A stretch of DNA of 64,000 nucleotides from Vitiosangium sp. GDMCC 1.1324. GTDB lineage: Bacteria; Myxococcota; Myxococcia; Myxococcales; Myxococcaceae. The DNA is taken from NCBI RefSeq assembly GCF_003044305.1, contig NZ_PZOX01000005.1:579493-643492 (forward strand), in the 5' to 3' direction. Positions within the stretch are counted from its first letter, which is position 1; every line of letters starts with the position of its first letter. This document shows positions 29,007-38,675 of the stretch, piece by piece. Under the pieces are notes generated by a model. The model saw only the letters and a program-made list of their open reading frames with translations, was not told the origin of the DNA and made no database searches. A program made the position numbers and the translations under genes.

Positions 29007-29318
29007 ATGAGCGAGGAGAAGCGCGGAGAGACCTTCGTGATGCGGGGCGAGGCGCGGCAGAACGCACCCGAGGCCCCCATCACCTTCAGCACCTTCCTCA
29101 TCGGCCTGGCCTCCAGCGCCCTCATCCACCTGGGTGAGGCGCCCAACCCGGAGACGGGCCGCTCCGAGCGGGATCTGGTGCTCGCCCGTCAGAGCCTGGA
29201 TCTGCTGGGGATGCTGCACGAGAAGACGCGCGGCAACCTCACGCCCGAGGAGAAGCAGCTCTTCGAGAACCTCCTGGCCGACCTGCGCCTGCGCTTCGTG
29301 GAGGCGAGCAAGCGGTGA
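29007..29318 (+). CDS. DUF1844 domain protein
   Basis: 103 aa. ...ITFSTFLIGLASSALIHLGE...ARQSLDLLGML..K..G.L...E..L is the DUF1844 pattern. Overlaps the next gene by 4 nt. Confidence 0.65.
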   Translation: MSEEKRGETFVMRGEARQNAPEAPITFSTFLIGLASSALIHLGEAPNPETGRSERDLVLARQSLDLLGMLHEKTRGNLTPEEKQLFENLLADLRLRFVEASKR

Positions 29319-29962
29319 CTTCTCCCGCCTCCCCTGCCCCGGGCCTGCCGCGGGGCATCCGCTTCGCGGCGTTCGTGGGCCTCGTGCTCTCGGCCTTCAC
29401 GGGCTTCTTCGCCCTCAGTGAGTCCATGGGCCTCGGTCGGCTCTCGGAGTTCAAGGAGGCCAGCGGCTCGTCGCACTTCTCCATCGTGGGCGATCCGGCC
29501 ATCGACGCGCGCATCTCCAAGGCCCAGCTCGCCGCGCTCGAGTCCATGCGCGAGCCGCGCTCACTGGTGCTCGGAGCCCTGTCGGTGGCCTGCGCCCTCG
29601 TCTTCGTGTCCGCCGGCCGCATGCTCCGGCCCGAGGGGCTCCCCCTGGAGCGGATGCGCCGGATGTTCGGAGGCGCCGCCATCGCCGCGGCCCTGCTGCG
29701 CACCATCGATGGCGCCCAAGGGGCCGTGGTGGCCCGGCGCATGGGCCCCGTCCTCACCGAGGCCATGAAGACCCTCCCCGAGTTCCAGGGCCCGGCCTCT
29801 GATCACCTCCAGGTCATCCCCTGGATCGTATCGGCCAGCACGGTGATGCTCACGGCGCTCGTCGCCGGCACCTTCGCCCTGCTCGGCCAGTACTTCCGCA
29901 GCGAGCGCGTCCGCCAGGCCATCAGCGCCCAGGACGGCGACCTCGCCGAGGAAGAGGACTGA
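29315..29962 (+). CDS. hypothetical membrane protein
   Basis: 215 aa with three predicted TM segments. Probably co-transcribed with the two upstream small genes. Confidence 0.55.
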   Translation: MTSPASPAPGLPRGIRFAAFVGLVLSAFTGFFALSESMGLGRLSEFKEASGSSHFSIVGDPAIDARISKAQLAALESMREPRSLVLGALSVACALVFVSAGRMLRPEGLPLERMRRMFGGAAIAAALLRTIDGAQGAVVARRMGPVLTEAMKTLPEFQGPASDHLQVIPWIVSASTVMLTALVAGTFALLGQYFRSERVRQAISAQDGDLAEEED

Positions 29963-29963
29963 G

Positions 29964-30623
29964 TCAGGCCGCGACGCCCCTCAGCAACTGCTCCAGGGGC
30001 GGCTCCGACTCCGGCCCCGAGCCGTCGATCGCCAGCCGCGTCCCCTGCATGCGGTGCAGCTGCAACAGCAGCTCGCGCTCCACCCCGTACACCCATGCCA
30101 GGTGGCCCATCGGCCAGCGCGACTGCATCCGCGCGAAGGCCTCGTCGTCGAACTCCCCGTCCAGGCACTCGGGCAGCTCCACCTCTTCGTACTGGAGCCG
30201 CTCCCCGCCCACGTGGTGGCCCCCTCCGAAGGTCATGACCTCCTCGTACTCCTGAGGGTCATACACGTAGGAGTGCACGGTGACGCCCGCCGCGCGGGAC
30301 AGCAGGCGGGCGAGCGCATGGTGCTCGCTGTACCAGTGCGAGCCCCGGCGCCCCGCGGAGTGGGGGCCGTCCAGGGCCAGCCGGATGATCTTGCGCCGGC
30401 GGTAGACGGACACCGACAACAGGGTGTCCTCCGCGGCGCCGTCCTCGACGAGCGCCTGCCGGGCCAGCGCCATCAACCGCAGGCCACCCAGGGATTCAAC
30501 TCGGATGAGATAACCGCCGTGCGCTTCCAGTGGACGCCCCCCCGGTACTCGGGCCATATACCCGGACTGACCGCACAAAGGCAACTCCCGGAGAGCCTGG
30601 AAGTCCGTCGCGGCTCCAAACAT
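29964..30623 (-). CDS. hypothetical protein (219 aa)
   Basis: Coherent ORF divergent from clpB. No motif recognised. Confidence 0.5.
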   Translation of the reverse strand: MFGAATDFQALRELPLCGQSGYMARVPGGRPLEAHGGYLIRVESLGGLRLMALARQALVEDGAAEDTLLSVSVYRRRKIIRLALDGPHSAGRRGSHWYSEHHALARLLSRAAGVTVHSYVYDPQEYEEVMTFGGGHHVGGERLQYEEVELPECLDGEFDDEAFARMQSRWPMGHLAWVYGVERELLLQLHRMQGTRLAIDGSGPESEPPLEQLLRGVAA

Positions 30624-30700
30624 CCAGGCACGCGCGATCAGTGAAACGCAAGGGCCCCCCGAGTCCTTGCCAAGGGATCTTCGGCCCTTACGTTGGGTTC

Positions 30701-33304
30701 ATGCGACTCGACAAATACACGGTCAAGGCCCAAGAGGCCATTCAAGAAGGGCAGTCGCTGGCCCGGCGCGCCGAGAATCCGAACTACGAACCGGAGCACC
30801 TGGCGACAGCGCTGCTCGGACAGAAGGACGGCATCGTCGAGCCTCTGCTTCGCAAGATTGGCGTGGATGTCAAGCTGTTCGCCTCCCGGTTGGGCGAGGC
30901 GCTCCAGAAACTGCCACGCATGCAGGGCGGCGAGAGCGCCATGCTCAGCCAGCGGTTGCTGAAGGTCTTCGACAAGGCCGAGGACGAGGCCAAGTCCCTC
31001 AAGGACGACTTCATCTCCAGCGAGCACCTGGTGCTGGCCCTCACGCAGGACAAGGGGGCCGTGGGTGAGGTGATGAAGTCCTCGGGCGTGACGCGCGATC
31101 GCGTGCTCTCCAGCCTGAAGGAGGTGCGCGGAACCGGCCGGGTGACGAGCCAGGACGCCGAGTCCACCTATCAGGCCCTGGAGAAGTACGGGCGGGATCT
31201 CACGGACGCGGCGCGGGCCGGGAAATTGGATCCCGTCATCGGCCGGGACGAGGAGATCCGCCGCTGCATCCAGGTGCTGAGCCGGCGCACGAAGAACAAT
31301 CCGGTGCTCATCGGTGAGCCGGGCGTGGGCAAGACGGCCATCGTCGAGGGCCTGGCGCGGCGCATCATCGACGGAGACGTGCCCGAGGGCCTGAAGAACA
31401 AGCGGCTGGTGACGCTGGACCTGGGCGCGATGGTGGCCGGGGCCAAGTACCGCGGCGAGTTCGAGGAGCGCCTCAAGGCCGTGCTCAAGGAGGTGGCGGA
31501 CGCGGCGGGGGAGATCATCCTCTTCATCGACGAGTTGCACACCCTGGTGGGCGCGGGCAAGGCCGAGGGCGCGATGGACGCGGGCAACATGCTCAAGCCG
31601 GCCCTGGCGCGCGGTGAGCTGCACTGCATCGGCGCGACCACGCTGGACGAGTACCGCAAGCACATCGAGAAGGACGCGGCCCTGGAGCGGCGCTTCCAGC
31701 CGGTGATGGTGGGCGAGCCCACGGTGCACGACACCATCAGCATCCTGCGAGGCCTCAAGGAGCGCTACGAGGTGCACCACCACGTGCGCATCCAGGACTC
31801 CGCGCTGGTGGCGGCGGCCAACCTGTCCAACCGCTACATCTCCGACCGCTTCCTGCCGGACAAGGCCATCGACCTCGTCGACGAGGCATGCAGCCGCCTG
31901 CGCATCGAGATCGACTCGATGCCCACGGAGATCGACGACGTGCGGCGCAAGGTCACCCAACTGGAGATCGAGCGCGAGGGCCTGCGCAAGGAGAAGGATC
32001 CGCACTCCAAGGAGCGGCTGGCGCAGATTGAAAAGGAGCTGGCGGACCTCAACGAGCGCTTCAACGCGCTGAAGACCCACTGGGATCAGGAGAAGAAGGC
32101 CATCAGCGGGATTGGCGTGCTGAAGGAGAAGCTGGAGAAGGCGAAGAACGACCAGGCGGCGGCCGAGCGGCAGGGCGACTTCAACAAGGCCGCGGAGATC
32201 AAGTACGGCGTCATCCCCGGCCTGGAGAAGGAGGTCACCCAGCAGAACGCGAAGCTGGCCGAGCTGCAGAAGAGCCACAAGTTCCTCAAGGAGGAGGTGG
32301 ACGCGGAGGACATCGCCGCCGTGGTGGGCAAGTGGACGGGCATCCCCGTCTCGCGGCTCATGGAGGGCGAGGTCCAGAAGCTGGTGCACATGGAGGATCG
32401 GCTCGCGAAGCGGGTCATCGGCCAGCGCAGCGCCATCGAGGCGGTGAGCAACGCGGTACGCCGGGCGCGCTCCGGGTTGCAGGACCCCAACCGCCCCATC
32501 GGCTCGTTCATCTTCCTGGGCCCCACGGGCGTGGGAAAGACGGAGACGGCCAAGGCGCTGGCGGAGTTCCTCTTCGACGATGACAGCGCGATGGTGCGCA
32601 TCGACATGTCCGAGTACATGGAGAAGCACTCCGTAGCCCGGCTGGTGGGCGCACCTCCGGGGTATGTCGGCTACGAGGAGGGCGGTCAGCTCACCGAGGC
32701 GGTGCGGCGCCGGCCGTACACGGTGGTCCTGTTCGATGAGATCGAGAAGGCCCACCCGGACGTCTTCAACATGCTGCTGCAGATCCTCGACGAGGGCCGG
32801 CTGACGGACAGCCAGGGGAGGACCGTGGACTTCAAGAACACGGTGCTCATCATGACGAGCAACGTCGGCTCGCAGGCCCTGCAGGAGGGGATGGCGGGCA
32901 AGGAGGAGCTGGACGAGGCGACGCGCAACGACGTGCTGGGCATTCTGCGCCAGCACTTCCGGCCGGAGTTCCTCAACCGCGTGGATGAGATCATCATCTT
33001 CGAGCCACTGCGGAAGAAGGACATCCAAAGCATCGTCGACATCCAGGTGGCGAGGTTGCAGAAGCTGCTGTCGGACAAGCGGCTGACGCTGGAGCTGACG
33101 GAGAAGGCCGAGGCGTTCCTCGCCGAGCGCGGCTACGACCCGACGTACGGGGCCCGGCCTCTGAAGCGGGCCATCCAGAAGTACCTGATGGATCCGCTGG
33201 CGCTGAAGGTGCTGGGCGGCGAGTACGTGCCCGGAGACCACATCGTGGTGGACGTGAGCAAGGACGCGCTGAGCTTCGGCAAGGGCTCGGCGAAGGCCGC
33301 GTAA
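30701..33304 (+). CDS. clpB: ATP-dependent chaperone ClpB
   Basis: ATG at 30701 ([17 protein letters not shown]...). Two AAA+ modules ([15 protein letters not shown]; [15 protein letters not shown]) with an M-domain coiled coil between them. 867 aa. Confidence 0.95.
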   Translation: MRLDKYTVKAQEAIQEGQSLARRAENPNYEPEHLATALLGQKDGIVEPLLRKIGVDVKLFASRLGEALQKLPRMQGGESAMLSQRLLKVFDKAEDEAKSLKDDFISSEHLVLALTQDKGAVGEVMKSSGVTRDRVLSSLKEVRGTGRVTSQDAESTYQALEKYGRDLTDAARAGKLDPVIGRDEEIRRCIQVLSRRTKNNPVLIGEPGVGKTAIVEGLARRIIDGDVPEGLKNKRLVTLDLGAMVAGAKYRGEFEERLKAVLKEVADAAGEIILFIDELHTLVGAGKAEGAMDAGNMLKPALARGELHCIGATTLDEYRKHIEKDAALERRFQPVMVGEPTVHDTISILRGLKERYEVHHHVRIQDSALVAAANLSNRYISDRFLPDKAIDLVDEACSRLRIEIDSMPTEIDDVRRKVTQLEIEREGLRKEKDPHSKERLAQIEKELADLNERFNALKTHWDQEKKAISGIGVLKEKLEKAKNDQAAAERQGDFNKAAEIKYGVIPGLEKEVTQQNAKLAELQKSHKFLKEEVDAEDIAAVVGKWTGIPVSRLMEGEVQKLVHMEDRLAKRVIGQRSAIEAVSNAVRRARSGLQDPNRPIGSFIFLGPTGVGKTETAKALAEFLFDDDSAMVRIDMSEYMEKHSVARLVGAPPGYVGYEEGGQLTEAVRRRPYTVVLFDEIEKAHPDVFNMLLQILDEGRLTDSQGRTVDFKNTVLIMTSNVGSQALQEGMAGKEELDEATRNDVLGILRQHFRPEFLNRVDEIIIFEPLRKKDIQSIVDIQVARLQKLLSDKRLTLELTEKAEAFLAERGYDPTYGARPLKRAIQKYLMDPLALKVLGGEYVPGDHIVVDVSKDALSFGKGSAKAA

Positions 33305-33328
33305 CCCATCCCTGGCTTCTCCATACGA

Positions 33329-33372
33329 GAGGGCCTCGGGTCTCTGGACCCGGGGCCCTTTCGCGTTTCCCG
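33329..33372 (+). terminator. candidate intrinsic terminator after clpB
   Basis: Hairpin agggcctcgggtc-tctg-gacccggggccct followed by ttcgcgtttcc. Confidence 0.45.
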
Positions 33373-33606
33373 ACCTCGCCTTCCAGTGCCGTAAACGGTC
33401 ACCCCTCGACGAAAAACGTCACTGCACTCCTGGCACGCACAAGCCGTGCTCCGTGATTGCAAGGGCTTGCCTGACTGCCTGCTCTGGCACGACCCCTGCT
33501 GAGCGGCGCTCGGCGCACGAGATCCTTCCAGGTCGTTAGCAGCGGTCGGTGACCGTCAGGGCCTCGTGTTGCCTGAAGCGCCAAGTGGGGATCGAGAGAG
33601 GATGAC

Positions 33607-35829
33607 ATGCAACGAAGAGGAAACCATTGGAGCTCACTACTGGCGCCGTTGCTCGGCATCATGTTGTGGACGGGTTCCGCGGCGGGCGCGGACGCCAGGC
33701 ACGCGGAATGCCCACCGAAGCCGCTGGTGCCGGCCTCACGAGACACGATCTCGGCCAGCATGCTGAATGCGCTCGCGGTGCACCCGGATGGCACCGTCTG
33801 GGCCTGGGGCAACAACCAGGAGGGCCAACTCGGGGATGGAACCACCGAGACCCGGTACGCGCCGCAGCGGGTGAAGAATCTCTCGGACGTGGTGGCCGTG
33901 GCGAACGGCGAATTCCACAGCCTGGCACTGCGCCGGGACGGCACCGTCTGGGCCTGGGGCAACAACTCCTTCGGCCAGCTCGGCACCGGTCTGCCGGGAA
34001 GAAACCTCACTCCGGTCCAGGTTCCGGACCTGACGGATGTGGTCGCCATCGAGGCAAGTGCCTACTTCTCGCTGGCACTGCGCCGGGACGGCACCGTCTG
34101 GTCCTGGGGCGACAATGGCTACGGCCAGCTCGGTGATGGGACGAAAGACATGCGGTCCTCGCCCGTGCGGGTGCAGGGACTGGAGAACGTGGCGGACATC
34201 GCCGCCGGCTACCGCCACAGTCTGGCAGTGGACCAGGATGGCACCGTCTGGTCCTGGGGCCACAATGGCTCCGGCCAGCTCGGTGACGGGACGACCGCGC
34301 AGCGCAACACGCCCGCCCCGGTGCCGGGCCTGACGGACGTGGTCACCCTCGAGGCGGGAAACTTCCACTCGCTGGCACTGCGCCAGGACGGCACCGTCTG
34401 GGCCTGGGGCCACAATGGCTACGGCCAGCTCGGTGATGGGACGACCACGCAGCGCAACACGCCCGCCCCGGTGCCGGGCCTGACGAACGTGGTCACCCTC
34501 GAGGCGGGGGACTATCACTCGCTGGCACTGCGCCAGGACAGCACCGCGTGGTCCTGGGGCTTCAATGTCCTCGGCCAGCTCGGTGATGGGACGACCACTC
34601 ATCGCAACACGCCCGTACAGGTCTCGAAGCTCGAGGACGCGGTGGCCATCGGCGCGGGCAGCAACCAATCGCTGGCCATGCGCGCCAATGGCACCCTGTT
34701 GGGCTGGGGAGACAACTCCATGGGCCAGCTCGGGACGGGCTCCAACTTCCGAGACACCCCCGTGCGGCTCAAGGCCGTGAAGCATGGAGTGACCGCCTCG
34801 CTCACCCTCCATGCCCTCGTGCTGCGCGAGGATGGCACCGTGTCGTCCTGGGGCTTCAACCTCGATGGCCAGCTCGGGGATGGGACGAAGTCCACGCGCG
34901 CCGAACCGGGACAGGTGCTCGGTATCGCGGACGCGGTCGCCGTGGAGACCGCGAGGTCCAACTCGTTCGTGCTGGGCTCGGACGGCACCGTGTGGGCCTG
35001 GGGCAGCAACTCCTCCGGCCAGCTCGGGGATGGAACGCGCACCTCCCGGATCACCCCCCTGCCCGTGCAGGGATTGACGAACGTCACCGCCCTGACGAGC
35101 AATGGGGATCATGTCCTGGCGTTGCGCCAGGATGGCACGGTGTGGAGCTGGGGCGGCAACACCGCTGGCCAGCTCGGAAACGGAACGACGAGCCCCAGTC
35201 TCACGCCCGCCCAGATCCAGGGCCTGTCGGACATCGTGGCCGTCGCGTCCGGCTCCTTCCGCTCGATGGCGCTGCGCCGCGACGGCACCGTGTGGGCCTG
35301 GGGCGCCAACAACTTCGGCCAGAACGGAGACACAACGACGAGCCGCCATCTCACGCCCGTCCAGGTCCAGGGTCTGTCGGACGTCGTGGCCATCGCGACC
35401 GACTACGGCCACTCGCTGGCGCTGCACGCCGATGGCACCGCGTCGGCCTGGGGCTACAACAACTATGGTCAGCTCGGGGACACGTTGGAGACCAGCCGAA
35501 GCATCCCGGCACGAGTACCGGGCCTGACGAACGTGTCGAGCATCGCCGTGGGGAGCCTGCACAGCCTGGCACTGCGCGAGGATGGGACCGTCTGGGCCTG
35601 GGGCTACAACGGGTATGGCCAGCTCGGTGATGGAACCCTGGCGCCCCGGCACATGCCAGCACCCGTCCCGGGGCTGAAGCACATGAGGGCCATCGCAGCG
35701 GCTGGCGACAACTCCCTGGCCATCCGCAAGAATGGCGAGCTGTTCAGCTGGGGGAGCAACTGGTTCCTCACGATTGGAGATGGAGTGGGCTTCGCCCACA
35801 CCGTCCCGGCGCCTGTGCTGATGCCATAG
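33607..35829 (+). CDS. secreted RCC1-repeat (beta-propeller) protein
   Basis: Signal peptide, then about 14 tandem ~50-aa RCC1 repeats (DGTVWAWGNNxxGQLGDGTT...). About 150-bp periodicity is visible in the DNA (ctggcactgcgcc[gag]ggacggcaccgtctgg recurring). Confidence 0.85.
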   Translation: MQRRGNHWSSLLAPLLGIMLWTGSAAGADARHAECPPKPLVPASRDTISASMLNALAVHPDGTVWAWGNNQEGQLGDGTTETRYAPQRVKNLSDVVAVANGEFHSLALRRDGTVWAWGNNSFGQLGTGLPGRNLTPVQVPDLTDVVAIEASAYFSLALRRDGTVWSWGDNGYGQLGDGTKDMRSSPVRVQGLENVADIAAGYRHSLAVDQDGTVWSWGHNGSGQLGDGTTAQRNTPAPVPGLTDVVTLEAGNFHSLALRQDGTVWAWGHNGYGQLGDGTTTQRNTPAPVPGLTNVVTLEAGDYHSLALRQDSTAWSWGFNVLGQLGDGTTTHRNTPVQVSKLEDAVAIGAGSNQSLAMRANGTLLGWGDNSMGQLGTGSNFRDTPVRLKAVKHGVTASLTLHALVLREDGTVSSWGFNLDGQLGDGTKSTRAEPGQVLGIADAVAVETARSNSFVLGSDGTVWAWGSNSSGQLGDGTRTSRITPLPVQGLTNVTALTSNGDHVLALRQDGTVWSWGGNTAGQLGNGTTSPSLTPAQIQGLSDIVAVASGSFRSMALRRDGTVWAWGANNFGQNGDTTTSRHLTPVQVQGLSDVVAIATDYGHSLALHADGTASAWGYNNYGQLGDTLETSRSIPARVPGLTNVSSIAVGSLHSLALREDGTVWAWGYNGYGQLGDGTLAPRHMPAPVPGLKHMRAIAAAGDNSLAIRKNGELFSWGSNWFLTIGDGVGFAHTVPAPVLMP

Positions 35830-35843
35830 CGGCGGAGCGCCAG

Positions 35844-35883
35844 GGCCACACCGGAGGGGCAGGCAGCCTCCCCCGGTGTGGCC
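35844..35883 (+). terminator. candidate terminator hairpin after RCC1 gene
   Basis: Perfect 11-bp inverted repeat ggccacaccgg ... ccggtgtggcc with an 18-nt loop. Confidence 0.4.
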
Positions 35884-35929
35884 CGCCGCCCCCATTGACG
35901 GCAAGGGGCATCCGGCCGAGAGTCGGCCC

Positions 35930-37954
35930 GTGATTCTCCCCCTGGTGGCCGCCCTCGTGGTGAGCCAGCCGATCGACCCCCAGCAGCCCGGCGCGGGCGT
36001 CCCCAGTCCGGACGTCGTCGGGCCATCCATCTCCGAACCCACCCCTCCCCCGGCCCCGCCCGAGCCCGAGGAGACCGACCGGCGCAAGCAGACGGTCGTC
36101 ACCTCCTCGCGCGCCGAGCGCAAGCTGGAGGACGCGGTGGTGGCCACCGAGGTCATCACCCGCAAGCAGATCGACGCCGTCGGCGCCAGGGATCTGGGTC
36201 AGCTCCTCCAGCAACACCCGGGTGTGGAGCTCGTCCACAACTTCCGGGGCACCGGCCTGCGTCTGCAAGGTTTGGATCCGGAGTACGTGCTCGTGCTCGT
36301 CGACGGCGAGCGCGTGAGCGGCCGCGTGGGCACCACGCTCGACCTGGGACGCTTCAACCTGCGCGACGTGGAGCGGGTGGAGATCGTCAAGGGACCGGCG
36401 GCGGCGCTCTACGGTGCGGACGCCATCGGCGGCGTGGTGAACCTCATCACCCGCCGCGTGCAGCGCCCGCTGGAGCTCGACGCCCGGGGCTCGTTCGGCA
36501 CGTTGTTGGAAGGTGACTTCCGCGCGAACGCCGGCACGAAGCAGGGTCCCTTCGAGGTGCGCGTGGGCGGCGGCTACCGCACCCGCAACCCCTACGACTG
36601 GGTGCCCGCGGACGCGGCGACGAGCGGCGCGGGCCTCCAACGGGTCGATGGGGATGTGGCCCTCGCCTATGCGCCGGACGAGCGCTCCCGTCTGTGGCTG
36701 CGCAGCCAGTACAACCTGCGCAACGAGAACGCCGTCGATCTCAACCCCTCGGGCGCCGTGCTCGACCGGCGGCAGCGGCAGGAGCAGTTCGACGTCTCGC
36801 TCGGCGGAGGAAAGCAGCTCGCCGGCGGCACCTCGCTGCTCGTCCGGGGACACTTCGGCCTGTTCCGCGAGCAGCTCCTGCAGGACCAGCGCGGCTCGCG
36901 GGCGCTCGACGACTACTCGCAGAACTTCACCCGGCTCTACGAGGGCGTCGCCCAGGCAGATCACCACCTGGGCGACCACACGCTCACCGGTGGCATCGAA
37001 GTGCTCGGCGAGCGGCTCACGTCCATGCGGCTCGAGCAGAGCCCCGTGAGCCGCATCCGGGGCGGTGCCTTCCTCCAGGACGAGTGGGATGTGGCGCTGT
37101 CCTCGGACGGCTCGGGGCCGAAGCTCAAGGTGGCGCCGGGCTTCCGCTTCGACCTGGACTCTCAGTTCGGCGGAGCACCTTCACCTCGGCTCGCCATCAA
37201 GCTGGACACCAGCCCCGCCCTCACGGTGCGCGCCTCGGTGGGACTCGGGTTCCGCCCGCCGTCCTTCCAGGAGCTGTACCTGCGCTTCTCCAACCCGGGC
37301 ATCGGCTACATCGTCGCGGGCAACCGCGACCTCCAACCCGAGCACTCGGCGGCGGTGAACGTCGGCGTGGACTGGCGCCCGCCCATCGACGGGTGGCTCC
37401 TCTCCGCGAGCGGCTTCCACACCCGGCTCAACAACCTCATCAACGTCACCGCCACCGGCGAGCCCAACCCGGATGATCCGGTGACCTACAACTACGAGAA
37501 CGTGGCCCGGGCGTACACGCAGGGCTTCGAGCTCAACGGGCGCTTCCGCCTGCCCGTGCGCTCGACGTACCTGGACCTGGGGTACATGTTCCTCGACGCG
37601 AAGGACCTCACGCGCGACCGCCCGCTGGAGGGCCGCTCGCGGCATCGCGTCAACGCGCAGCTCTCCACGCGCTACCGACCGCTCGACCTCGAGGCCACCG
37701 TGCGCGGCTCGTGGGTGAGCGGCCGGCCGTACTACCTCGGCTCGGATGGCGGCATGGCCAACGTGCTCGGCTTCGGCGAGGAGCAGCGGGTGTGGTCGCC
37801 CGCGTATTTCGATCTCGAGGCCAAGGTCGCCTACCGGCTGCGCAGCGGGTTCGAGGTCTTCGTCAACGGCTACAACCTGCTCAACGCGGGAGACCAGCAG
37901 TTCAACCCGCGGCCGCCGCGAGGCGTGCTGGGCGGCGTCCAGTGGGAGTACTGA
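35930..37954 (+). CDS. TonB-dependent outer-membrane receptor (start uncertain; ORF opens at 35876)
   Basis: Plug domain (...VVTSSRAERKLEDAVVATEVITRKQIDAVGARDLGQLLQQHPGVEL...; IVKGPAAALYGADAIGGVVNLITR). Beta-barrel ends ...GVQWEY (C-terminal aromatic). The GTG at 35876 lies inside the upstream hairpin, so the GTG at 35930 is preferred. Confidence 0.8.
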   Translation: MILPLVAALVVSQPIDPQQPGAGVPSPDVVGPSISEPTPPPAPPEPEETDRRKQTVVTSSRAERKLEDAVVATEVITRKQIDAVGARDLGQLLQQHPGVELVHNFRGTGLRLQGLDPEYVLVLVDGERVSGRVGTTLDLGRFNLRDVERVEIVKGPAAALYGADAIGGVVNLITRRVQRPLELDARGSFGTLLEGDFRANAGTKQGPFEVRVGGGYRTRNPYDWVPADAATSGAGLQRVDGDVALAYAPDERSRLWLRSQYNLRNENAVDLNPSGAVLDRRQRQEQFDVSLGGGKQLAGGTSLLVRGHFGLFREQLLQDQRGSRALDDYSQNFTRLYEGVAQADHHLGDHTLTGGIEVLGERLTSMRLEQSPVSRIRGGAFLQDEWDVALSSDGSGPKLKVAPGFRFDLDSQFGGAPSPRLAIKLDTSPALTVRASVGLGFRPPSFQELYLRFSNPGIGYIVAGNRDLQPEHSAAVNVGVDWRPPIDGWLLSASGFHTRLNNLINVTATGEPNPDDPVTYNYENVARAYTQGFELNGRFRLPVRSTYLDLGYMFLDAKDLTRDRPLEGRSRHRVNAQLSTRYRPLDLEATVRGSWVSGRPYYLGSDGGMANVLGFGEEQRVWSPAYFDLEAKVAYRLRSGFEVFVNGYNLLNAGDQQFNPRPPRGVLGGVQWEY

Positions 37955-37961
37955 GGTCCAC

Positions 37962-38597
37962 ATGCGGATGCGAATACACGAGACGGTGCTGCTGCTCGGG
38001 CTCGCGGTGGCGGGCTGCGCTCCGGACCTGCGCGAGGACTACCCGTTCGACGGCCAGGCCACCACCGGGCAGCTCGTCGAGGTGACGGCGCAGGAAGACG
38101 GGAGCCGCGTCGCCATCATCGACGCGACGAACAAGTCCGCCACGGTCTTCTTCGACATCGACGAGGGCCGCGAAATGAAGGTCGACGAGGCCTTCGACAC
38201 CAACGGGTGGGATCTGTCCTTCCAGCGCTACGTCATCACGATGAACGGTGGAGGCGGCAACCCGACGGGTGAGGTGCAGGTCGCGGTGCTCGAGGGCGAG
38301 AGCTGGGACGCGCTTACGACGGCCCCAACCCAGGGCTATCAGCAGGACGCCTCGGAGCCGGTGTTCAGCGGCGTCGAGGGCGGCTGGTACGCCTACGACA
38401 TCGTCCAGCACAAGCTCGTCACCCGCGACGGGCTGCTGTACGTGGTGCGCAGCAGCCGCGGGCAGTTCTTCAAGCTGCAAATGCTCTCGTACTACGACAG
38501 CGCTGGCACCCCGGCGCGTCTGTCATTTCGCTACCAACAATTGCAGCGCCCAACCATTGCAACCACCACCAATGGCATACCAACAATGACAGACTGA
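37962..38597 (+). CDS. HmuY-like lipoprotein
   Basis: Lipobox LLLGLAVAGC. Immediately downstream of the TonB receptor; size and beta-rich composition fit HmuY-type haem-binding proteins. The 3' end runs through an AT-richer palindromic element. Confidence 0.6.
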   Translation: MRMRIHETVLLLGLAVAGCAPDLREDYPFDGQATTGQLVEVTAQEDGSRVAIIDATNKSATVFFDIDEGREMKVDEAFDTNGWDLSFQRYVITMNGGGGNPTGEVQVAVLEGESWDALTTAPTQGYQQDASEPVFSGVEGGWYAYDIVQHKLVTRDGLLYVVRSSRGQFFKLQMLSYYDSAGTPARLSFRYQQLQRPTIATTTNGIPTMTD

Positions 38598-38675
38598 GCG
38601 TCACGAAATTGTTTCAGCGCGAGGGGCCCGGCCGGCACTACATCGCCGCGCATCTTCATCTCGGAGCCCCCCACC

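Noticed and set aside
30624-30700. CIRCE or sigma-32 heat-shock element upstream of clpB
   Set aside because: No TTAGCACTC-N9-GAGTGCTAA-like inverted repeat is present. Only a weak aagggcc/ggccctt inverted repeat was seen.
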